From Nemertoderma westbladi (Eukaryota; Animalia; Xenacoelomorpha), in NCBI GenBank assembly GCA_032718475.1, contig JAUCBJ010000311.1, forward strand, positions 1 through 43,334: a stretch of 43,334 nucleotides of DNA, written 5' to 3'. Positions 25,116-36,910 of this stretch are shown here, in pieces. Position 1 is the stretch's first letter. Each line of letters begins with the position of its first letter. The notes beneath the pieces are model-generated. The model saw only the letters and a list, made by a program, of their open reading frames with translations, did not search any database and was not told where the DNA came from. The position numbers and the translations under genes are program-made.

Positions 25116-26871
25116 AATTCCGCCTCACCAACCCCCATAAAGTGGGAAAGAGCGCCTTTAAGCAATATTGGGGAGTACGAGGTTGATTGCCAATCAACCT
25201 CGTATCACCCCCAATAAACGGGGACGACAAACCCCAAAGGGCCTCACACAATGGAGGTCAGAGGTTAAGCCTCCGGGGGAAAGGAAAGTAACAGCAGCGG
25301 GGGGGGGGGGGGGGGGGGGAACACCCCCGCAGAGCTGAAGGCGAGAAGTAGGTTACTAGCCAATAATGGGGGGACAGCAGGGCATCAGCTAAGTAATAGG
25401 GCCAACATAGCGTATATTACCGGTTGGTGTTTAGTTTACTCAGTAGTTTACTCAGTCACTCAGTCATGGCAGTACGGTGACATTTTAAGACCGTCACCGC
25501 CATCACCCATATTACCGGTTTACTCAGCAACTTGTGCTATCATATACTCTTATCGTCTTATGCATATACTCTATATCGTCTACTCAGTAATCAATTATAC
25601 CGCTATAGAACAACAGCAACAAACAACTGCTTTCACTCACACGGCGGGGACCCGTATATAAACCTAACTGGTCGGGATCCCCTGATCCCGTCACATTCAT
25701 TTTTTATCTAATATGCTTTTGCCACAGTACCTTATTTCCGAAACAGATTTACTATTGTTGTTTTAATTTATACCTCATTTATTACTTTCCAGCGTCCCTG
25801 GGTTGTATTTTGCGTTAATAATTTATTTTTTACGTATGTATTTTTTAATTTTTAATTTAAATTGTTGTACAAATTTCGCGTTATTTTAAAGGAATTAACA
25901 TACAAAAAGCTTGTCCTCACATGGCGGAATGTTTTCATTTCAGTCGCATATTTCTAATCCCTGACATATTGTGCATTAAGCCTATGCTCTTTATATTATA
26001 AGACTGAACAATGATTATTTATTTTAGATTCTATTGTGTAAAAAGATAACCGAAACGTAAAGTTGATAGCCAGAGGCAACAGTAATTTACTTTACCTGAC
26101 ATACTTCACTTTACATACTTGCCATGGCTTGTCATACTTGACTTGATATATAACCCACTTAACTTGCCATACTGTCTATTCACACTCATTTAAATTATTG
26201 TTATTGTTATGTGTGTGTTTGAGCGAAAGATAACCTCGCCCATTTCTCTGATGGCCAATCCGCAGTTACCTGCTCAGTATCACTATAACGTAAGCCTGTT
26301 TGTTATCTTAAATATCGGCGAGATATGAATTTGGTTATCCTGAAGATTACTCAGATGATTGACACATATCGGGCTTTTTGTAATAGTTATAGCTATTACC
26401 CAGCACATCTTAGATAAATCAACCTGCAATTGACTAGAAATCCAGCAAGCTGGCTGGAAGGAGCCCGGGGGAAAAATCCTAAAGAACTATGTCAGTCAGC
26501 AGTAAGTAATTGTCTAAACTGCAAGGCGTGAGGCTAACTGACTTTGTGGCTCGCCCCACATAATAAAAAATGCAACTTAGCTACCACTAACTAAAATATA
26601 ATATGAAGCAAATAAAATTTCATTATCAAGCACGTTTACAAGATATAAGAGACGATTACCGAATATTTATAAAAAATGCCCATGATGCACAACCATAGAT
26701 AAATAACAACGAATAGAGCCAAATAACCAATTTAGTTTCCTTCTATAGGTATTAGCCCGTCGTCGTCAAGCGGAATATCTCTTCCCAGTGAATCCTATGT
26801 GAATATGTAATATAGTTAGGTACTCCTGCTAAGTTAGGCGGTAGGCCAGAGTGGGCTCCTTAAGTCATTAA

Positions 26872-28436
26872 CCCTATTAAACCCGGGGGGGGGGGGGGGG
26901 GGTCAATATGACCCCCCCCCCGTGGTTTTTTTATTATAATTCTGAAACAAACGCAGTTGGGAATCTTAAATTTTATGACTTTTCCTAAAAATCTTCCTAG
27001 TAGTGAAAACTGTTTTAAAAACTATTGGGTAGTTTTCGAGTTATAGCACCATTTTTTAACCCTACTTTTGGCACTTTTTTTGAGACGTTTTTTGAAAATT
27101 ATATTTCATTAAATATTAATTGTAACATCTCTATTTTTGATTTACACCGGTTTTTTAGTGTTCGCAATTGGATGGAATTCATATAAATTGAATTAGAAAT
27201 TTCAAACTTGTTTTTTTCGGCGGGTGCCAAATTTTGGTGCCAGCACAAAATTTTGAAATATGTCAATTTTGTAAATTGATTGTTTGAAACTTGTTTTTTT
27301 ACGCAATTGGGGTTTTTTGGGATTCTGGTTTCGATGAAATATATACGAGTTGAATCAAGCGTATCAAACTTGTATTTTTCGGTGCTTTGTGCAAATTTTG
27401 GTGCTAGCACGAAATTTTGAAAATCCACTCAATTGATAAAATTGATTGTGACAATTTATTTCTTGCGTTTTAGAGTTTTATGGCTGTTCTGAATTCAATG
27501 GAATATATAATTATCGAACTAGACATCTCAAACTTGTATTTTTCGGAAGTGGGTGCAAAATGTTGTGCTAGCACCAAATTTTAAAAACCATCAAATATAT
27601 CAATTGATTGTTTCACATTGTTTCTTGCGGTATACGGGTTTGTTAGGGTTCAATGGAATCCGTAAAAATTTCATAAGTGTTTTCAAAATTGTATTTTTCG
27701 CCGGTGGGTGAAAATTGTTGTGCCAGCACCAAATTTTGGAAAATGAGTAAATTGATCAGTAGATAGTATCGTCTTGCTTCTTGCGTTATACGGGTTTAAG
27801 AGGGTCCTGAATCCGATTGAATCAATAAAAACAGCACTGGAGATCGCAAACTTGTTCTTTTTGGTGATGGGTACGAAATTTGGTGCTAGCACCAAAATTT
27901 GCCAAATTACGCTGAAAAATACAAGTAGCAATGATCTGGCATATTTGAAATGTATTCCATTAGAGTCAGCGCCCTAGAAAACCTGAAAATATGAATTTAT
28001 AGCATCGTATAAGTGAATTAAATTGTTGTGTTCTAACTGAAAACTGCTGGTTACTTGTTTTTTTTTTTTCAATTTTTTCCTACGCAGAGACGAGACGACT
28101 AAACAGCCATTTATGGAAATCATATCATTTTTAAATATTTTGCAATGTATTTTGCGCCCCAGAAAACCTGTATTGAAAAACAATTAGCCGAAAAATGTAA
28201 CTTTCAAATTTTGTGAAAATTGTGCACTACTTGTAATTTTGGTGCTGCAATATTACCACCCCAGTACATTTTTTCGAAATTTTTTTTTCGGTCTGATCCT
28301 GACTAGTGATACCTACGGACAAACAATAAAGCAGACGTTTTCGTTAATATTTGTAGATTTTAGAGGGAGGGGTCAATATGACCCCCCCCCCCTCCCTGGT
28401 ATTTGTACAGCATTTTATAGCCCGGTACTAATAGGG
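26872..28436. mobile_element. Non-autonomous piggyBac-like DNA transposon, 1,565 bp, TTAA-flanked
   Basis: TTAA (26868-26871)|CCCTATTAAACCCGGG ... CCCGGTACTAATAGGG|TTAA (28437-28440); TIRs match 13/16. Subterminal quasi-palindrome GGGGTCAATATGACCCC at both ends. No transposase. A TTAA target with CCCT/AGGG termini is characteristic of piggyBac. Confidence 0.85.
27100..27905. repeat. Five diverged ~164-bp tandem units inside the TTAA element, each with palindrome AAATTT(T)GGTGCTAGCACCAAATTT
   Basis: GTGCYAGCAC cores start at 27237, 27401, 27565, 27720 and 27883 (spacings 164, 164, 155, 163), each preceded by an aaacttgtatttttcgg-like motif. Confidence 0.88.
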
Positions 28437-28840
28437 TTAAATACATGTAACTACTGTATTATACTGTAGGTCAACTATAAAACATTTTGCAATCCACAGT
28501 GAGTAACAACTGCAATAGGACACAACACACTGCTTTGTGCAACTAAAATTCATTCTCCTGATCCATCCCCTAACATATCAGAGTAACCTTATTGTAGATA
28601 TACCCTTAGGAAGCACTGGGAGAGCAATCAGCTTATGGGGTAATACATTAGAAACCAACAGCTTGTGTGAGTAAACGTTGCATTTCCTTATAGCCCACTA
28701 GTAAAACTTGGCAACCAACACGTTTTACTACGACTGTGTATAAAATATTAAGCCATATTTCACCATGAACACTAGCTGTTATTTTACCATTGCTTTTAAT
28801 TTCACGACAAAATAATGTCAACAAACTATATCGAATACCA

Positions 28841-30404
28841 CAGTCAGTCAGTCAGTCAGTCAGTCAGTCAGTCAGTCAGTCAGTCAGTCAGTCAGTCAGT
28901 CAGTCAGTCAGTCAGTCAGTCAGTCAGTCAGTCAGTCAGTCAGTCAGTCAGTCAGTCAGTCAGTCAGTCAGTCAGTCAGTCAGTCAGTCAGTCAGTCAGT
29001 CAGTCAGTCAGTCAGTCAGTCAGTCAGTCAGTCAGTCAGTCAGTCAGTCAGTCAGTCAGTCAGTCAGTCAGTCAGTCAGTCAGTCAGTCAGTCAGTCAGT
29101 CAGTCAGTCAGTCAGTCAGTCAGTCAGTCAGTCAGTCAGTCAGTCAGTCAGTCAGTCAGTCAGTCAGTCAGTCAGTCAGTCAGTCAGTCAGTCAGTCAGT
29201 CAGTCAGTCAGTCAGTCAGTCAGTCAGTCAGTCAGTCAGTCAGTCAGTCAGTCAGTCAGTCAGTCAGTCAGTCAGTCAGTCAGTCAGTCAGTCAGTCAGT
29301 CAGTCAGTCAGTCAGTCAGTCAGTCAGTCAGTCAGTCAGTCAGTCAGTCAGTCAGTCAGTCAGTCAGTCAGTCAGTCAGTCAGTCAGTCAGTCAGTCAGT
29401 CAGTCAGTCAGTCAGTCAGTCAGTCAGTCAGTCAGTCAGTCAGTCAGTCAGTCAGTCAGTCAGTCAGTCAGTCAGTCAGTCAGTCAGTCAGTCAGTCAGT
29501 CAGTCAGTCAGTCAGTCAGTCAGTCAGTCAGTCAGTCAGTCAGTCAGTCAGTCAGTCAGTCAGTCAGTCAGTCAGTCAGTCAGTCAGTCAGTCAGTCAGT
29601 CAGTCAGTCAGTCAGTCAGTCAGTCAGTCAGTCAGTCAGTCAGTCAGTCAGTCAGTCAGTCAGTCAGTCAGTCAGTCAGTCAGTCAGTCAGTCAGTCAGT
29701 CAGTCAGTCAGTCAGTCAGTCAGTCAGTCAGTCAGTCAGTCAGTCAGTCAGTCAGTCAGTCAGTCAGTCAGTCAGTCAGTCAGTCAGTCAGTCAGTCAGT
29801 CAGTCAGTCAGTCAGTCAGTCAGTCAGTCAGTCAGTCAGTCAGTCAGTCAGTCAGTCAGTCAGTCAGTCAGTCAGTCAGTCAGTCAGTCAGTCAGTCAGT
29901 CAGTCAGTCAGTCAGTCAGTCAGTCAGTCAGTCAGTCAGTCAGTCAGTCAGTCAGTCAGTCAGTCAGTCAGTCAGTCAGTCAGTCAGTCAGTCAGTCAGT
30001 CAGTCAGTCAGTCAGTCAGTCAGTCAGTCAGTCAGTCAGTCAGTCAGTCAGTCAGTCAGTCAGTCAGTCAGTCAGTCAGTCAGTCAGTCAGTCAGTCAGT
30101 CAGTCAGTCAGTCAGTCAGTCAGTCAGTCAGTCAGTCAGTCAGTCAGTCAGTCAGTCAGTCAGTCAGTCAGTCAGTCAGTCAGTCAGTCAGTCAGTCAGT
30201 CAGTCAGTCAGTCAGTCAGTCAGTCAGTCAGTCAGTCAGTCAGTCAGTCAGTCAGTCAGTCAGTCAGTCAGTCAGTCAGTCAGTCAGTCAGTCAGTCAGT
30301 CAGTCAGTCAGTCAGTCAGTCAGTCAGTCAGTCAGTCAGTCAGTCAGTCAGTCAGTCAGTCAGTCAGTCAGTCAGTCAGTCAGTCAGTCAGTCAGTCAGT
30401 CAGT
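28841..30404. repeat. Perfect tetranucleotide microsatellite (CAGT)391
   Basis: 1,564 bp of CAGT with no interruption seen. Confidence 0.99.
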
Positions 30405-30814
30405 GTCATATATCCTGAGATTTTTACAGCAAGTATCCCTGAGATTTTGCGGGCTCCTAACAAATGGGTTGAATCGGATTTTAGGCCTGAAAAAACCACA
30501 GCAGATAATGGGGGCAGGCAGGGGAAACGAGGGTGTGGGAATGGGAGTGGGAGTGGGTGGTATTATGATGAGGGCTGGTGGTGATGGATTCAAGTCTAGT
30601 ATGTCAAGTCAAGTATATCAAAATAAATTAGAACCTTAACATTCCTACACCATTCCTGAACATTGTGTCTTTATTTTAGTTTCGATATTATATTCTACCA
30701 GTTTACCGTTATTCTTCGTATTTATAGTGAAAGGTGTCATCTTTCGAGCCAGAAAACGCAGCTAAAAGAGCGGAAAAAACGCCTCAACGAAAATGGTCCT
30801 TCAGTTGTGCAAAT

Positions 30815-31420
30815 TAATATTTTGTTCTACATTTGGCGTTTTATGGACTTCAATTGACGAAATTGTTTCATAATGCGATTTAGTGGTGACAATGAAAAAA
30901 ATTCAAGTGAAACTCAAGTATATCATTCAAGAGCATCAATTGAAGTCGAGTATGTCAAGTCAGTTATTTAAAGGTCATGTCATGTCAAGTCAAGAATGTT
31001 AAGTAAAGTATGTTAGTCAAATATATCAAGACAAGTTTATAATATAATGAATGATGGGAGTATATCAAGTCAAGTGTGTCAAACGATGTATCACAGCCAT
31101 GTTAAATCAAGTATGTCAAGTTAGGTCAATTCAAGTCAATTATGCAAGTCAATTCTAGTATGTCAAGTCAAATATATCAAGTATGGCTATTGCAGCAAGG
31201 CCTATCAAGTGAAGTCACGTATGTCCAGCCATGTCAAGTCAAGTATGCCATGTAAAGTATGATAGTAAAATATGTCAAATCAAGTAACATACTTGATAAA
31301 TATGTGAAAAGTAAATATGTTAAGACAAGCATGCCTATATAAAATCAAGTATGACAAGTGAAGTGGGGCATATCTCAATTTAAGTATGTCAAGCCATCTC
31401 AAGTATGCCAAGTATGTCTG
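30815..31420 (-). repeat. Interspersed repeat copy B (inverted relative to 22860-23500)
   Basis: gacttcaattgacgaaattgtttcataa...gtgacaatgaaaaaa is the reverse complement of ~23290-23340, followed by a degenerate (CAAGT/ATGTC)n tract. Confidence 0.75.
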
Positions 31421-31711
31421 GTAATGTAAACTACTACTGTCTCTGGCGATAAACTTTAAGTTTTGGTGCACCTTTTATAAAGTAAATAATAAAAAATTAT
31501 CGTTATATCAGTCTGGTGCAGTAAAATAAAAAGGGCCTAATGCAATGTTAGGGCTTAGAAAATGTACGACTGAAAGCAACATTTTCCGCTATTTGAGGAC
31601 AAGCTTTGGTTTGAAATGCCAGTTATTCAATTAGTTTGTCAGCCTAAGATTTTTTTTCTAAATAATGTTCAGTTAAAATCTCTAGTTTTATTCTTCCCTC
31701 TGTGACTTGGC

Positions 31712-31890
31712 TTTATTTTTGACGTATTTGTAACCCTTTAGATTTATTGTTTTATTCAAAAGGCGTTATCGACACCGATTGTAGAAATTGTCCAATTATC
31801 TTATTTGTGGTGTATTTGTGACTTTAAATGTATATTTTTTTCTACAGTTTACGTTTTATCGACTTAAATTGACGAAATAAAGTGGTGAAA
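31712..31890 (-). repeat. Interspersed repeat copy C (non-repetitive segment only), abutting the retrotransposon 5' end
   Basis: gacgtatttgtaaccctttagattt...gtgactttaaatgt...ttgacgaaata is the reverse complement of ~23320-23495. Confidence 0.75.
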
Positions 31891-34628
31891 CTAACCCATA
31901 GCCCAGGCTCAGGGGCCCTAGATTCGGATATCTGGCATGCACGTTGGCGCTTAGTAACAGCTGGATTCCCCTCTTTGTATGTAGTACCGGGTGGAGCAAC
32001 TGGGCGACATTTTACATCAGTCCTTTGTTCAGAGATGGAGGGACTAGCATCAGGGAGGTCATTCTCTGAAAGGATCCTCGTATTCGAAGCCTGCTTGCTT
32101 CAGAGAGACAAGGCTGTTTCTAAGGGAGCAGATATTCGTCGGCTGCTGGAGCGCCATCTGGAGATGTGGGGGGGAGGAGAAATTTGAGGAGCTCTTGTGT
32201 GAATTCCAGCGTTGCAGACGGTCTGTATGGGCATCTCGTGCGAACTGGAAGGCATCCCCAAATGATATTGAGTTAGTCTTCACCAGACTCATGCTTCGGG
32301 GTAAAACACGAGCTGCTGTTCGGTGGATTACTGAAAGGTGTGATGGACGTGTGTTGGATCCACTCTCTGTTGTAAAGATAAAGGGAGAATCAATGAAAGT
32401 CTCGGATCTACTAGATATGAAACATCCTGAAACAGCCATGCCAAATGTGGAAGGGCTTTATGGATATGCAAGCAATGAGCCTCTTCCTAACCTAGACTAT
32501 GTCGAAATAACAGCGACACATGTAGAGGCAGTGGCTCATAAATTACAAGGAAGTGCTGGGCCTGGAGGTGGAGATGCGCTGCACTGGCGAGACATGCTGC
32601 TACATAGGGGCCCCATGAGTGGGCGGCTGCGGGAGGCGGTAGCTGGCTAACAGCATTGTAGAATGGGACTCCATCCGTGCCCTAATGTCCAGTAGGTTGA
32701 TTACCCTGGACAAGTGCCCAGGTGTCAGACCAATAGGGGTGGGGGAATCCTTACGACGAATATTAGGTAAGTGTATGGCAACTGCCACTGGTGATGATGT
32801 TCAAGAGTTATGTGAGATCAACCAGCTGTGCAGTGGAATGCCTGCTGGAATCGAAGCTGCTATCCATAGCATCACTGGTTTGTGGAAGGAGCATGAGGGA
32901 GAGGGATGGGGTGTCATACTTGTAGATGCAAAAAACGCATTTAACACAGTGAACAGGGTGATGGCTTTATGGCACATCAGGGTGCTATGGCCAAGATGTG
33001 GGCGTTTCATGTTCAACACATACCGGGGTTACTCTATCCTTATAGTTAATGGAATTTATGAATCATCATACTTCCTCAGTAAGGAAGGCTTTACTCAAGG
33101 GGATCCCCTAGCAATGCCAGCTTATGCCGTTGCAATTTTTCCCCTTGTCATTCACCTAAAGACTCGCATTCAATTAATACAAGTTTGGTATGCTGATGAC
33201 TCCCAGGGAATCGGTAAGCTGCATCTTCTTAGGGAATGGTTTGTAGAGCTCTGCCATTGTGGACCAATGTTTGGTTATTATCCTGCGCCGGAAAAGTGTA
33301 TTCTTGTTGTGGAAGATTCAAACGTAGAGCTTGGTAATCAGCTGTTTGGTGAACTTGGCATCACTGTAGATGGAGGGGGGATTGTTCATAGAGCTCGCAG
33401 TTTGGGGGGATTTGTCGGCAGTGACGAGATTTTGTCCGAGTACATTTCCAACAAGGTGGTAACTTGGAGTGACCATGTTCAGCGATTGGCAAAGATAGCA
33501 AAAAATCAACCCCAGGCAGCTTTCTCTGCATTGACCCGCTCAATTCAGTTCCAATGGGCTTTCCTCCAGAGAGTGACAGCTCTGTCTAATAACAACTTAG
33601 GTTCAACAGGTAACATAGATCCTTATGCACCATTAGAGCAAGTCTTACAAGATGTCTTCATGCCAGCTTTATTGGGAGGACCTGCTACTCTTGTTGAGAG
33701 AAACTTGTTTGCACTACCTGTGCGTACAGGGGGTCTGGGGATCTCAAATCCCACAATCAATGCTACACATAGCTACGATACATCCCGTTCAGTAACAGCT
33801 GTGGCCCGCTCAGCTATTGGGAGAGGCTCTGATATTGACTTAGCAGAGCATGGTCGGTGTGTTCTGGATGCCAAGTGGTCATCTGCAAAGGAGACCAAGG
33901 AACAAAATGGAAGGGCACTGCAGCTGATCCTGAATGAGGTGACACCACAACAACGCTGGGCAGTTGAGAGGGCATCATCAGCAACATCTCACTGGCTAAC
34001 AGTACCTCCAATCAAAATTCACCACTTCGACCTTTCTCCCTGCGAATTTCGCGATGGCTTGTCTTTGCGATACTGCCGCCCTCTTGTCAACGCGCCGAGC
34101 TCCTGTGATGGTTGTGGGGGTATGTTTACTTTAGCCCATGCCCTCGACTGTAAGAAAGGAGGGTTGGTAACCTTACGCCATAGCGAGGTCAGAGATGCAC
34201 AGGGCAGGCTTTTTGATCTGGCATTCCCAGGTGCTTCAGTTGAATGGGAGCCGATCATACGGGAGGTGGATGATGAGAGTGGCATTGCTGGACTACGGCC
34301 GACATTTCAGTGAGGGGATTTTGGCAGCCGCAGAGGAAGGCGTTATTCGATATTAGAGTCATTGACTCGGACGCCCCCTCTTACACTGCCAGAACAGTCC
34401 AGTCACTATTGTCTTCTGCGGAGCGTGAGAAGAATACTAAGTACTCCAATGCATGCAGTCAACGTCAGGCAGATTTTTCAGCCCTGGTTACTACGGTGGA
34501 TGGAGTTCTGGGTGGAGAGTACACCACAGTCCTACGTCATCTTGCTAGATCTCTTAGTGAGAAATGGGACAAACCATATCCGCGGGTGATGGTCTGGGTA
34601 AGAGCCAGGCTTTCTTTTGCCACTTTAA
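31891..34628 (+). mobile_element. CRE-clade (RLE-type) non-LTR retrotransposon, 5'-truncated and frameshifted: RT, CCHC zinc knuckle, restriction-like endonuclease
   Basis: Four consecutive ORF pieces join into one polyprotein. RT motifs: LDKCPGVRPIGVGE, LVDAKNAFNTVNR, TQGDPLAM, WYADD. Then CDGCG..HALDC, RHSEVRD and RLE motifs R-x-D(ISVRG)..FDIRV..EREK..KY. Frameshifts near 32175, 32645 and 34299. Clade is inferred from motif pattern. Confidence 0.9.
32685..34313 (+). pseudogene. Longest open segment of the CRE-like polyprotein (542 aa; RT core and CCHC)
   Basis: QGDP near 33096 and YADD at 33189-33200. The start and stop are products of the flanking frameshifts. Confidence 0.88.
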
Positions 34629-35426
34629 CCCTATCCATACCGGGGGGGGGGGGGGACTTTTGGAGACGCACTTTATTTGATTGCTTGGTTCAAAGCCAAA
34701 CCACATTTATTGCAAGTGAAATTCCGTTACTTTTCCTAAAATTTATTATTCTTTATCTTAAAACAAAAATTAATTTTAATATTGGCATGGCATCCCATGG
34801 CATCCACCCCAAGTGTGAAGCAGAACCCCCGCGGCATCCGCCCAAAGTGTGAAGCAGAACCCCCACGGCATCCGTCCAAGTGTGAAGCAGAACCCCCGCG
34901 GCATCCACCCTAAGTGTGAAGCAGAACCCCTGCGGCATCCGCCCAAAGTGTGAAGCAGAACCCCCACGGCATCCTCCCCAAGTGTAAAGTAGAATCCCCA
35001 TGGCATCCGCCCCAAGTGTGAAGCAGAACCCCCATGGCATCCGCCCCAAGTGTGAAGCAGAACCCCCAAGGCATCCGTCCAAGTGTGAAGCAGAACCCCC
35101 GCGGCATCCGCCCAAAGTGTGAAGCAGAACCCCTACGGCATCCGCCCTAAGTGTGAAGCAGAACCCCCACGGCATCCGTCCAAGTGTGAAACTGAAGCCC
35201 CATGGCATCCACCCCAAGTGTGAAGCAGAACCCCCGCGGCATCCGCCCAAAGTGTGAAGCAGAACCCCCACGGCATCCGCGCAAAGTGTGAAGCAGAACC
35301 CCCACGGCATCCGCCCTAAGTGTAAAGTAGAATCCCCATGGCATCCGCCCCAAGTATGAAGCAGAACCCCTCACGGCATCTGCCCCATCCTATTAAAACC
35401 TAAACATGCCCGGTACTTGCCTTTAA
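34629..35426. mobile_element. Second piggyBac-like non-autonomous element, inserted at a TTAA in the retrotransposon 3' end; right end degenerate
   Basis: TTAA (34625-34628)|CCCTATCCATACCGGG plus G-run resembles the termini of 26872-28436. GCCCGGTACT at 35408-35417 is identical to that element's right subterminus, but the final AGGG is missing. Confidence 0.65.
34795..35386. repeat. 33-34-bp tandem repeat, ~17-18 copies (GGCATCCGCCCAAAGTGTGAAGCAGAACCCCCAC)
   Basis: Directly visible head-to-tail units with point variants. Confidence 0.97.
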
Positions 35427-36719
35427 TAAGTAGAAACCCCGTAGTCTGTCATCTGTCCAACACCAGTCTGTCTTACACCTGTCCTCTCATAAGATTACAG
35501 CAAAATTCAACAACGAAATCACAGGACTTAAAATTCAACTAACAGAATAAGAATAACAACACACAAGAAGCAAGTAGAAGTAGAATGAGTCACCATTTAT
35601 TGGTGGAACAAAACCCTACTCCAATTAGACCAACCTAAATAGCTAAACCAATGAGTAAACCGTATTATCGCTCAAAAGCTCCCTGTTCCGAATTATTATT
35701 GCCATATATGGTAATGGAAGTGCTCTGTTTGGGCTTCCAATAGACCCCTATACGAGCCATTTACGTAACAGTAAATTCTTACAAAGGGTTTACTGTGACT
35801 TTTTACTAATAATAACATGATAACATGTTTATCAGCTTATAAAAACTGAATGGACTCACAGAATTAATATTGGCCCGACCAACTACACTCTTGGATACAA
35901 CAATAATTATCGCAACAAATTTATTTTCCCACTAAAAATAATCATTTGTCCACTAAATTTTTGTTCACAAAATATAATTATTCTATTACAAAAAATAATT
36001 ATTTATAATATATAATTGAAAATTTTTAAATTTCGATTTCCCCAAAAAATAATTATGTTTGGACTATTTTTACTCTTGTATCCGCCAAATTTAATCAATC
36101 ATATTTCTCTAAAAATCATTTAAAATTTAATAAATTTACACTAATTTTGATATGTTTTCACTATATATAATCACGTCTCCTTTCACAATATGTTCCACTG
36201 CTGCGTTAAATGTTCGTGCCATTAGGTCCTTTGGTCATTAGAGCTTCGTTAATTGTGACAGGTCTTACTTCCACATGGAACATAATGTATCGCGACATAA
36301 CCAAACTGACAGCCATGAAGCAAGGCAATACCAAGCCTAACATTATTTAGTATTTTAGTGATGATACTCAGTGATTACAGTATAATTTCTTCTCAAATAA
36401 AATCTTATAAATTTTTACATAAAATATGATTATGATTATGTTTAGTTTAGTGATTAGTGAACAAGCAATGGCCGTCTCATTTTCTCAGGATTGTGAGAAT
36501 TTGAGTCAAAATCCAAAATAAAAGTATCACCTTTATTGAAACTAAACTTAAAAACATTGTGTTATGTTATAGAAGTTTTATATTCAACCATAACTCCGTT
36601 CCATTCTGATTCTCTGAAGTTGCTATAGCAACAACCACTTGCATGAATCTAATTATCTTATCCAACGCACCAATCGCATGCTGGTACAGTACATGCAAAT
36701 TTCTCTTGATGTTGATCGT

Positions 36720-36910
36720 AAATTGTGGGGTGAGCCACGAAGTTGGCGGAGCTTTAGCGAACTGACAATGTTAGGGGGTGGGGTCTATGTTTGCATATAG
36801 TTGTTGTCGCCGTCGTTGTCCTTTCAATTTTTTTTATGCTAATAACTTCGTCGGATTTAAAGCGGTCGAGCTGAAAATTTGTGGACAGCTCAATGAGAGC
36901 GCCAACTTAG
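36720..36910. mobile_element. Fragment of a non-autonomous interspersed element (possibly Helentron/HINE-like)
   Basis: tgtggggtgagccacgaagt (~36724) is an inverted near-copy of actttgtggctcgccccaca (26541-26560). It is followed by a short gttgtcgccgtc simple repeat and an ataactt...ctgaaaatttg motif. Family assignment is tentative. Confidence 0.35.

Noticed and set aside
27100-27905. Regularly spaced palindromes as CRISPR repeats
   Set aside because: The intervening ~140 bp are homologous to each other, so these are whole tandem units. The short ORFs here just translate the palindrome (LAPKF/GASTK).
26872-30404. Near-equal lengths of the TTAA element (1,565 bp) and the CAGT tract (1,564 bp)
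   Set aside because: No sequence relationship or mechanism; treated as coincidence.
28790-30584. 542-aa and 589-aa QSVS ORFs
   Set aside because: Read-through of the perfect (CAGT)n tract. All plus frames give the same peptide with no synonymous variation.
32059-34285. Several short minus-strand ORFs
   Set aside because: Antisense shadows of the retrotransposon coding sequence.
34753-35374. Minus-strand ORFs with GGSASHLG/WGFCFTL repeats
   Set aside because: Translations of the 33-34-bp tandem repeat cycling through frames.
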